This document shows positions 9,054 to 16,299 of a stretch of 37,641 nucleotides of DNA, piece by piece. Numbering within the stretch: position 1 is the first letter of the stretch; each line of letters begins with the position of its first letter. A model generated the notes under the pieces. That model did no database searches. It saw nothing but the letters and a program-made list of their open reading frames with translations, and was not told the DNA's origin. The stretch is from a virus (Duplodnaviria > Heunggongvirae > Uroviricota > Caudoviricetes), in the IMG/VR virus record IMGVR_UViG_3300012347_000366, positions 64,001 to 101,641 of that record; one strand, 5' to 3'. The position numbers and the translations under genes are program-made.

Positions 9054-9437
9054 ATGGACAAAAAAGCCTTATTAAAGCACTTGAAACTCGAAACTGTAAT
9101 GATTTGGGATTCACTTTGCGAAATTTATACACCTTTGGTTCACTACAATGAACCAAAAATAGAACTTAACCCTTATTTTTGGCGTTGTGCCGGTGCGTGT
9201 TTTCAAAAAGAAAACCGCATACAAATGGGTTACAAATTCTTTAAAGCTAATACATCATATTTCCATTATATGATTGATGTAATACTTCCGCATGAAATAA
9301 TCCACCAAGCGGATTATAATCTTTTCGGAGAATCTGAAAAAATTTGTGGTCACGGTGAAAAATGGTGTGAAATCATGGTACAATATGGTCTTGACGCTAA
9401 CCCGCATCATACAATGGAGATTTCAAAAAATGCTTAA
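9054..9437 (+). CDS. SprT-like zinc metalloprotease (leaderless)
   Basis: RCAGAC...VILPHEIIH...GHGEKWCEIM; ATG 6 nt after TACAAT 9042-9047. Confidence 0.75.
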   Translation: MDKKALLKHLKLETVMIWDSLCEIYTPLVHYNEPKIELNPYFWRCAGACFQKENRIQMGYKFFKANTSYFHYMIDVILPHEIIHQADYNLFGESEKICGHGEKWCEIMVQYGLDANPHHTMEISKNA

Positions 9438-9645
9438 TATCTTGAGTTGGTTTGGTACTTTTGTTTCAATTTTGGGTTCGTTTGCAGTTGCAAGCGCAAT
9501 GTTTAAAATTGGATATGTTTTGTTTACTTTTGGTTCACTTTCGTGGCTGATTGTAGCCTTTTGTAAACGTGACAAGGCATTGGGTGTACTAAATGGCACT
9601 TTTTTCTGTGCCAACTTGTTGGGAATTTACAACAACTTTTTTTAA
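9430..9645 (+). CDS. Three-helix membrane protein (half-transporter-like)
   Basis: 71 aa, three hydrophobic segments. Confidence 0.65.
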   Translation: MLNILSWFGTFVSILGSFAVASAMFKIGYVLFTFGSLSWLIVAFCKRDKALGVLNGTFFCANLLGIYNNFF

Positions 9646-9756
9646 AATAATTTTGGGTTTTTCTGGTTTTTCCGCAAAAACCTGATATAATTAATTCATT
9701 GGAGCAAAACGCTACAATCTGCGAATTCCGGCAGTATCCGGTAATGTGAGAACCAA

Positions 9757-10455
9757 ATGGCTAAAAAACAATTTTTCTGTATTCTTGACACCGAAACCAC
9801 AATGGCCGATACCGTGGCCGATTTTGCAATGATTATTGTTGACCGTGAGGGCAAAATTTATAATCAATGCGCTGTTTTAGTTGCCGGGCATTATGGCACT
9901 CACGAATTATTCCACGATAAGGCGGCCAACGATATTTGGGGTTATGCGGGTTTGGAAAAACGTAAATCCAACTATGTTAATATGTTAGATAATGGCATTC
10001 GCATGGTGGCTTCAGTTAATGCCATTAATAAATGGATTAATCAAGCCATTGGCAAATATAATCCACAATTGACTGCATATAATCTGGCATTTGATAAATC
10101 AAAATGCCTTAATACTGGAATTGATTTATCTGGCTTTACTCAAGAATTTTGTTTGTGGCAAGCCGCCGTGGGCAATATTTGCAATAAAAAACAATATCGT
10201 CAATTTGCCCTTGATAATCACGCATTTAACAAAGTTACTCAAAATGGTAATATGACGTTTCAAACTAATGCGGAAATTGTTTGTGGTTTTATTAATGGCG
10301 AGTTTATCAAAGAACCGCATACCGCATTAGAAGATGCCCGTGATTTTGAATTGCCTATTCTCAAAAGCATACTCAAAAAACGTGACTGGAAAGATAATAT
10401 CAAACCATATTCATGGCGCGATTTTCAAACCAAAAACTGGTTTGTTGCAAAATAA
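9757..10455 (+). CDS. DEDDh 3'-5' exonuclease
   Basis: ILDTETT (ExoI), AYNLAFD (ExoII), HTALEDA (ExoIII). Confidence 0.85.
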   Translation: MAKKQFFCILDTETTMADTVADFAMIIVDREGKIYNQCAVLVAGHYGTHELFHDKAANDIWGYAGLEKRKSNYVNMLDNGIRMVASVNAINKWINQAIGKYNPQLTAYNLAFDKSKCLNTGIDLSGFTQEFCLWQAAVGNICNKKQYRQFALDNHAFNKVTQNGNMTFQTNAEIVCGFINGEFIKEPHTALEDARDFELPILKSILKKRDWKDNIKPYSWRDFQTKNWFVAK

Positions 10456-10460
10456 ATAAT

Positions 10461-10483
10461 ATCAGGGGCTAATAACCCCTGAT
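10461..10483 (+). terminator. Hairpin terminator
   Basis: ATCAGGGG/CCCCTGAT stem after exonuclease stop. Confidence 0.65.
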
Positions 10484-10500
10484 TATTTGGAGATAATCAA

Positions 10501-10653
10501 ATGCGGTATTTTTATTTTTTCTTGAATATGTTATTGGTTCCTGTACATTTTATTTTGTGCATTTGTTTTTATATTCCTAATGCTTTTACAAGGGCATACT
10601 GGGAAACTCTGGAAGCAATAAAAGAAACCAAACGGATTCACGGCATTAAATAA
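10501..10653 (+). CDS. Small hydrophobic protein (50 aa)
   Basis: GGAG SD; MRYFYFFLNMLLVPVHFILCICF... Confidence 0.5.
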   Translation: MRYFYFFLNMLLVPVHFILCICFYIPNAFTRAYWETLEAIKETKRIHGIK

Positions 10654-10667
10654 TTGGAGAATATCAA

Positions 10668-10916
10668 ATGGAAACTATTGGCTGGATTGGTGGCATTTTA
10701 TTGGCATTTTGCGGATTACCTCAGGCCGTAGAATCATACAAAACAAAAAACTCTGATGGATTAACTTGGGGATTTTTGATTATGTGGGGCGTGGGAGAAT
10801 TATTTACAATTGTTTATATTATCCCAAAATGGCATTGGCCCCTGATATTTAATTATACGGCAAACATAATATTTATTTCAATAATTGTATATTATAAAGT
10901 CAGGGGTAAAAAATGA
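10668..10916 (+). CDS. PQ-loop / SemiSWEET-family membrane protein
   Basis: 82 aa, 3 TM helices, GLPQAVESYKTKNSDGLTW (PQ motif). Confidence 0.85.
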   Translation: METIGWIGGILLAFCGLPQAVESYKTKNSDGLTWGFLIMWGVGELFTIVYIIPKWHWPLIFNYTANIIFISIIVYYKVRGKK

Positions 10917-11035
10917 TTGAAACATTATTATATATACTAGACTTTATCAGTATTATGTGCATTATGATAATAATATACATAATATGGCTGATTGTATTAA
11001 AAAGATAATCCAAGCCCCATGTGGGGCTTTTGGCA

Positions 11036-11126
11036 TTTTGAAAACAAAAGTACTCACCACAAAAATGAATACTTTTGTTTTCAAAACTGCGCCAATATTA
11101 TACCACATAATTTGTGCCCGTGTCAA
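11036..11126 (-). repeat. Antisense promoter-hairpin module, copy 3
   Basis: TTGACA-N18-TATAAT (11126-11097), GGCGC, 17-bp hairpin 11036-11052/11070-11086. Confidence 0.8.
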
Positions 11127-11444
11127 GGAAAAAATGCAAATAATTTGGTTTTTGTTACAATTTATTTTTTAAAAAATCACGGTTTTTGTGGTATAATTGA
11201 TTGTGCGCGCCAAAAATTTTTGTGTACTTTTGTTTTCAGATATTACTGCAAACCCAGGTACTCAGAAATATTTTTACATTTATTTTTGTGCGCTTGCCCA
11301 AACTGGCAAAACCCGTGTATAATAGACCCTATGGCAGACAATGATCGGATTGTCTGACAAGGCAAGAAAAAATAAATTTTCTTTTTTCTTGCCAAATGCT
11401 CAAAACGTGATATAATAGAATCTTCAACAACAAAGGAAAGCAAA

Positions 11445-11780
11445 ATGGCTGAAAAGACTAGCAAAACTGTCAACTACACTCCAGAACAATCCGCTCAAAT
11501 GGTGGCCGATTATCAGGCGGGTGTCACCGTGGAAGCAATCGCTGAAAGCCTGGGCAAAACTGTCCGGTCGGTGGTGGCAAAATTGAGCCGTGAAAAAGTG
11601 TACGTGGCTAAAACCTACGTTTCCAAAACTGGCGCTCCAGTAGTCAAAAAAGATGCTCATGCTGATGCAATCGGCGCGATTCTCAAAATGACTGAGGCTG
11701 AAATCGAAAGTCTTACAAAAGCCAATAAAACGGCATTGGAAAAGATTTTCGGCGCATTGGCAAATTCTAAGCCAATCTAA
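11445..11780 (+). CDS. A2: T5 A2-like protein, paralog 2
   Basis: Long identical blocks with paralog 1 (TVNYTPEQ, LGKTVRSVVAKLSREKVY, ESLTKANKTAL). Confidence 0.75.
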   Translation: MAEKTSKTVNYTPEQSAQMVADYQAGVTVEAIAESLGKTVRSVVAKLSREKVYVAKTYVSKTGAPVVKKDAHADAIGAILKMTEAEIESLTKANKTALEKIFGALANSKPI

Positions 11781-11821
11781 TGTATAATGGGGGCTAGACC
11801 CCCATTTTTAAAGGAAACTAA

Positions 11822-12073
11822 ATGCTTTTCAATTTGCCCTCATTTGCTGATAAACCCGTGATTCTGACATTTGCCCAAATTGGCATTAATCCAAGCGATT
11901 ATAATGGCTGGACATTTGACAAAATTCGTCCAGAATATATTAATATCGCAACCGATTATATGTGCGATTTTACTGGAGATTATGATTATGAGATTTTTCA
12001 ACATTATGAATGGGAAATTGATTATCTTAATCAACTGATTAAAATTCCACGTTCTGCATTACTGGGGGATTAA
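11822..12073 (+). CDS. Acidic/aromatic hypothetical protein
   Basis: 83-aa ORF with AAGGA SD. Confidence 0.65.
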   Translation: MLFNLPSFADKPVILTFAQIGINPSDYNGWTFDKIRPEYINIATDYMCDFTGDYDYEIFQHYEWEIDYLNQLIKIPRSALLGD

Positions 12074-12074
12074 A

Positions 12075-12269
12075 ATGGCAAAATACCGCATTGTTAAAGT
12101 CGCAAGATATGAATCAGTTTATTCGATTCAAGTTAAACGCTGGTTTATATGGTGGGATATTGGTCGTGCCCTTTGCTTAAAAGATGCTGAATCTGATATT
12201 GAATGGTTCAAAAACCGTGATAAAGCGATTCGAGATAATCCCCGAGATATTGTTGTCAAAACATATTAA
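12075..12269 (+). CDS. Hypothetical protein
   Basis: 64-aa ORF followed by terminator 12273-12300. Confidence 0.65.
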   Translation: MAKYRIVKVARYESVYSIQVKRWFIWWDIGRALCLKDAESDIEWFKNRDKAIRDNPRDIVVKTY

Positions 12270-12315
12270 AATAAACCCCGATTATGTCGGGGTTTTATTT
12301 TGCCCATTATCTTTT

Positions 12316-12405
12316 GTAATACTTTTGTTTTCAGAAAAAATAAGAAACAAAAGTATTACTTTTGGCTGCGCCAAAATTATACCATAATTTTGTGGCCCGT
12401 GTCAA
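12316..12405 (-). repeat. Antisense promoter-hairpin module, copy 4
   Basis: TTGACA-N18-TATAAT (12405-12376), GGCGC, 15-bp hairpin 12316-12330/12345-12359. Confidence 0.8.
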
Positions 12406-12640
12406 GCCTTGTTACAAACTGTTACATCTGCTGTTGTTTTTTGACCACTTGGCACGATTCTTGCGCCAAAACCGGCCGGTCATAATTATACTGTACGGTG
12501 CAGTTTGTGACTGCTCAGTATAGTTTTTGACTGCACGGTCTGGTCGCTGACCATCGGGTAATTGAGTACTTTGGTACTCAGCAGGTGTGCACCTGCGCCA
12601 AAGTGGAAATCCTTTACAAGTGCAAAATCTCAGCGGTTGT

Positions 12641-12679
12641 GCGCGCCAAATTATAAGTGCGAATCCTTTAGTGTGTCAA
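12641..12679 (-). promoter_or_regulatory. Antisense promoter, copy 5 (different downstream RNA)
   Basis: TTGACA-N18-TATAAT then TTGGCGCGC. Confidence 0.7.
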
Positions 12680-12751
12680 GTGCAAATCTTTGAATTTGAA
12701 AAATTTTTTTGAAAAATGTTATAATACATTATTGATTGAAAGGAATAGCAC

Positions 12752-12883
12752 ATGACAACAGCCGATTTTTTCGCAGATTTTGACACAGAATACTATTCGG
12801 AATTTGTGGAGCACGAACTGTCGCAAATTTTCCAATGCACTATCCCACAAGACGAAAAATCTGCTCTTGATGTTCCATTCTAA
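12752..12883 (+). CDS. Acidic 43-aa peptide ending in DVPF
   Basis: AAGGA SD; MTTADFFADFDTEYYSEFVEHELSQIFQCTIPQDEKSALDVPF. Confidence 0.6.
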   Translation: MTTADFFADFDTEYYSEFVEHELSQIFQCTIPQDEKSALDVPF

Positions 12884-12932
12884 TCTTGATATAATTATTA
12901 CTTAAACAGCGCAGAAACCAACTAAAGGACAT

Positions 12933-13244
12933 ATGATGACTAAAGCAACTCAAACTAATTACACACCAGAACAAACTCAGGAACTCGTTCAAGGCTACCA
13001 AGCTGGCGAGACCGTGGAAGTTTTGGCCAACAAACTCGGCAAAACTGTTCGCTCAGTAGTGGCCAAGCTTGCACGTGAAGGCGTGTACCAAGCTAAAACC
13101 CGTGCTCAAGGCCAAGCCCGCGTGCGTAAATCGGAGCTGGTTGACAAACTTGCCCTGGCCTGCGGCGTGGCTCCAGAAGTGTTTGAATCGCTTGAAAAAG
13201 CCAACCACGATGTGCTGGAAGCACTTGTGGCACACATGGCCTGA
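12933..13244 (+). CDS. A2: T5 A2-like protein, paralog 3
   Basis: NYTPEQT..YQAG..LGKTVRSVVAKLAREGVYQAK..RKSEL..ESLEKAN. Confidence 0.75.
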   Translation: MMTKATQTNYTPEQTQELVQGYQAGETVEVLANKLGKTVRSVVAKLAREGVYQAKTRAQGQARVRKSELVDKLALACGVAPEVFESLEKANHDVLEALVAHMA

Positions 13245-13310
13245 TGGCTGTGGTTGAGGGTCAAGAAATATTGGCTTGATCCTCACAGCAAATTCAAGTA
13301 TAATATATAC

Positions 13311-13449
13311 TTAGACAGTCGGGAAGGGCTTAATGAATACCAAACGATCATATCAGTTGGTGCCCGTTCCGTAACAGCAGCCCACCCCACTAAACAGCAA
13401 TTGAATTGCAATCATCTGTGTGGCTAGTCTGGTTACAACGACTGTCTAA
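13311..13449 (+). ncRNA. Candidate 139-nt ncRNA
   Basis: Starts 7 nt after TTGATC-N17-TATAAT (13276-13304); closed by perfect 11-bp stem TTAGACAGTCG/CGACTGTCTAA; no ORF. Confidence 0.55.
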
Positions 13450-13493
13450 ATTATTCACTTGATTATATAGTAAAACTACTGTATAATAGATAT

Positions 13494-14046
13494 ATAGATT
13501 GGGTGACAGCGGCAGGGAACTACAGTACCGATAGCGTCTTAATTGTGGAGAAGTCCGAGCCACAGCCCTTAGCTCTCATAATAGAGTACTTTGACTAGGC
13601 ATAGGTTGCTAGTGTAATAATCGTGAAGGTGCAGCAAGACCGCCTCTGCAGGGGCCTTAAGTGTCTTCCACGTGGATCGAAAGCGTACAATAGAATTTGC
13701 AAAGTATTTTATTATGGGCGTTATGAGACCAACGTATTGTTGGATAACAACTTGATGACCACCGAAATATCTCTAGTGGTCGCCCACCAACCCTCTGATG
13801 AGCTGATGCAATTTCAGCGAAACTCACAGTGTCGTGTCAATTGTGCGAGTGATTCCCAACACTCCAATTGCTGCAACTGTGGGTCAGGACGAAAACCCAC
13901 GATAACGAAAACTGGTTGTAAGATTAATTTGTTGGCAATTGCTTCGGCATCTCCTAGCAAAGGTATCCTACATAAACTTAGTAGTGCTGTGGTAATGAGT
14001 AGTGCTAGTGAACAGTTACTATATAAACTGTCGCCTTATCTGGTAC
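13494..14046 (+). ncRNA. Candidate large structured ncRNA (about 550 nt)
   Basis: Promoter TTGATT-N17-TATAAT 13459-13487; GGTGACAG(13502)/CTGTCGCC(14028) end pairing; many internal hairpins; no credible ORF. Confidence 0.45.
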
Positions 14047-14093
14047 CGGCGTAAAATGGTCTTGGCTCTAGAGTGGTAGACTTATAATTACCC

Positions 14094-14347
14094 GACCCTA
14101 AGCTGTGGCAAGTCGTTAACCCTCAACCAGTCGACCCCTAAGTCGTTAAAAGCCGCTGTTTTGGACTAAATGTAAAGTCGCCTCCCTGATGTGGTGGAAA
14201 AGAGTTGGACATAACCACTCAAACAGCGTTGTCCCGCACAGACCCTAAACCGTAGCCGGTATGGCCCCCGTTACTCGTGGCCCGACCCCCAAGTCGTTAA
14301 AAGCAGTGCGCAACACTGTGAAAGCCGACAAAGCCCAAAGTCGTGAA
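14094..14347. repeat. Direct-repeat cluster (injection-stop-signal-like position)
   Basis: 22-bp repeat CGACCCC(T/C)AAGTCGTTAAAAGC at 14132 and 14283; AAGTCG at 14110, 14140, 14175, 14291, 14338. Confidence 0.65.
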
Positions 14348-14536
14348 AAATGTGGTGGGCAGCAGTGCCGAACCAATACTCAAAGTCTCACCTGATATCA
14401 GCTACAACACCCATAACCTAACAGGTGTCTAAGGTGCTATATCTTAGGGTCAAGCAGTAAGTCCAGGTGGTACCTGGCGGTTTAGTCTTGAAGCGAGCAA
14501 CTAAAAACATCAGCCCCTGCTCGAGCAGAAATGTTC

Positions 14537-14572
14537 AAAAGCCCCACACGATTCGCGGTCGGTGGGGCTTTT
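14537..14572. terminator. Bidirectional terminator
   Basis: AAAAGCCCCAC...GTGGGGCTTTT. Confidence 0.75.
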
Positions 14573-14590
14573 GTTTTGCCCAAAGCGCTC

Positions 14591-14626
14591 GGCGCCATTA
14601 TACCACAGTGCGAAACCTTGTGTCAA
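14591..14626 (-). promoter_or_regulatory. Antisense promoter, copy 6
   Basis: TTGACA-N18-TATAAT immediately followed by GGCGCC; runs into terminator 14572-14537. Confidence 0.7.
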
Positions 14627-14696
14627 GTGGGTTTTCAAAAATCTCTGACCCTAAGCTGCAGCAAATTACACAAATTGATCCCACTCACAGCACGCA

Positions 14697-14733
14697 AAAA
14701 AGCCCACTAATCGTTAGAGATTAGTGGGCTTTT
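14697..14733. terminator. Bidirectional terminator ending the leftward early operon
   Basis: AAAAGCCCACTAATC/GATTAGTGGGCTTTT. Confidence 0.8.
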
Positions 14734-14779
14734 GTCATATTAACCTAAATTATGTCGATTTAGGGTCAATTTTGTGCGA

Positions 14780-15103
14780 TTAAGTCGATTTAGGGTCAGG
14801 GTTTGGCACAGAAAGGCGCGATTCAATCAATTTAAGTACAACTTTGTTGACCTTTTCCAGCGATTCCAGCAATTCTAAATCGCAGTCGAGTAGGGTAGCA
14901 ATCCGCTCGATGTGTTCGGCTTTGCGAACCGGCACCTCGCCTCGTTTGTTAAGGTAGGTCTTTTTTTGGTAGACTCCGAGGCTGCTGAGCTTGGCAATAA
15001 TGCTGCGTTCTGGTAGGTCGAGCTGGCGAGCTATGTCACCAACGGGCACCTGAGCCTTGTAGTCGGCAACCATACGGTCAATGATTTCTTTGGTGTATTT
15101 CAT
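14780..15103 (-). CDS. A2-like protein, paralog 4
   Basis: KYTKEIIDRMVADYKA...RSIIAKLSSLGVYQKKTYLNKRG..RKAEH..LESLEKVNK aligns with paralogs 1-3. Confidence 0.75.
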   Translation of the reverse strand: MKYTKEIIDRMVADYKAQVPVGDIARQLDLPERSIIAKLSSLGVYQKKTYLNKRGEVPVRKAEHIERIATLLDCDLELLESLEKVNKVVLKLIESRLSVPNPDPKST

Positions 15104-15115
15104 GACTGTATCTCC

Positions 15116-15907
15116 TTACATCAACCAAGGCAAATCTGTACCGTCTGAGTACGATTTAGGCGGTTTTGGCGATTTAGGGTCAGGAGTTTTAAAAATTTCT
15201 GCACCTACCAGTGGTGGAGGCATTCGATCCCAATCATAGGGGTCTAAGACCATGTATTCCGATCGTAGACTAGGGTGTGCTACCCAGATTTGTGACAACA
15301 TTGTGGCTGCTAGTGCAGGAACGCTCGCATACTCTGTGTCTTTGATGCCTTTTAGACACCATTGCGAAGTAGGCTTCTGTACCTCACCCATTTTAGGGCC
15401 ACTTTTAATAGTCAAACCCTGAGTACGAATTTCAATTACTCGCTCTGACCCTAAGTTATAGCACTCGTCATCCCGCCACAACATAGCTTCTAAGAGGGCT
15501 TCGTCTACTAGCGGGCATCCTTCCTGAATATTCCACTGATTATAACCCACACCGTTGTATTTTTTCTGTGCGCATAAGATTAGTGGAACCAGTGCCGAAT
15601 AATTGGCATACTCTGGACGTGATTGTAATTTAACTAGGCTGCCGCGCTTGAGCTGGCAGGCAACACGCCACAGCCCAATATCCCAGGGCGTCACAATATT
15701 CTTTTTGGCTGTTAGCATAGGGTCGATCTTACCCTCAACTAACACTGGTGTCCAAGTAGCATAATGCGCTACAATTTGTGGTAACATCCACGAACTGTGA
15801 GCGCTTATATAATGTTCTTTGGTTGCAGCTTCTAGCTGGGTCTTGTTGAGTTTTTGGTACTCGTCAAATGGATACGCTTTAATATCCTGTGTTCTAAGTT
15901 TTAACAT
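15116..15907 (-). CDS. Hypothetical protein (263 aa) with Pro-rich tail ending DLPWLM
   Basis: Long ORF co-oriented with A2 paralog 4; no family recognised. Confidence 0.8.
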   Translation of the reverse strand: MLKLRTQDIKAYPFDEYQKLNKTQLEAATKEHYISAHSSWMLPQIVAHYATWTPVLVEGKIDPMLTAKKNIVTPWDIGLWRVACQLKRGSLVKLQSRPEYANYSALVPLILCAQKKYNGVGYNQWNIQEGCPLVDEALLEAMLWRDDECYNLGSERVIEIRTQGLTIKSGPKMGEVQKPTSQWCLKGIKDTEYASVPALAATMLSQIWVAHPSLRSEYMVLDPYDWDRMPPPLVGAEIFKTPDPKSPKPPKSYSDGTDLPWLM

Positions 15908-16212
15908 AAGGTTTCTGGTAATAGTATTGCTTTTGTAGCAAGCAAAAGGCTAGTGTGACCCTAAATCTGGGCGATCTAGAGCCTGGTGGTGAGAGGTGGG
16001 ACAAAAGTTTTGATCGATATATTTTTGCATATGCTTTAAAAACACCAAACACAATAATCCCAACTTAGCGGGTAACTTGGTCTGACTACCCGAATCAGAA
16101 AAAATATCTGCTGCTCACGCCCCCTCGCTCCGGAACTCCGCGGTGGGACTACAGCAAGAATTTTATTCAATTCGGTTGTCACCAAGTTTATATCATCTCT
16201 TAATATAACTAA

Positions 16213-16242
16213 ATTATAGCATACTAGGCAGCATATTGTCAA
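16213..16242 (-). promoter_or_regulatory. Promoter with about 300-nt leader for the 263-aa gene
   Basis: TTGACA-N18-TATAAT. Confidence 0.65.
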
Positions 16243-16299
16243 TGCCTAGATTTTTAGTGGAGGTAGCTACAAGATTTTTCTTATATCCAGGCTTCAGGA

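Noticed and set aside
7631-12405. CRISPR array interpretation of the repeated hairpin module
   Set aside because: Copies are 1.2-2.1 kb apart with whole genes between them; no repeat-spacer periodicity and no cas genes
13795-13860. Functional cis hammerhead ribozyme
   Set aside because: Core and stem II are present, but the local stem III partner gives GUG rather than NUH and no stem I complement to CCAACCCT was found
13545-14040. RNase P RNA-like words (GGAGAAGTCCGAGC; GCAGCAAGACCGCC; TCGCCTTAT)
   Set aside because: The P4 partner is imperfect, the ACAGAA-type conserved region and a correctly placed P2 3' strand are missing, and the length is wrong; kept only as an unknown ncRNA candidate
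13623-14054. 143-aa ORF in the track
   Set aside because: GTG start without SD, Ser/Cys-rich non-protein-like composition, lies inside a structured non-coding region
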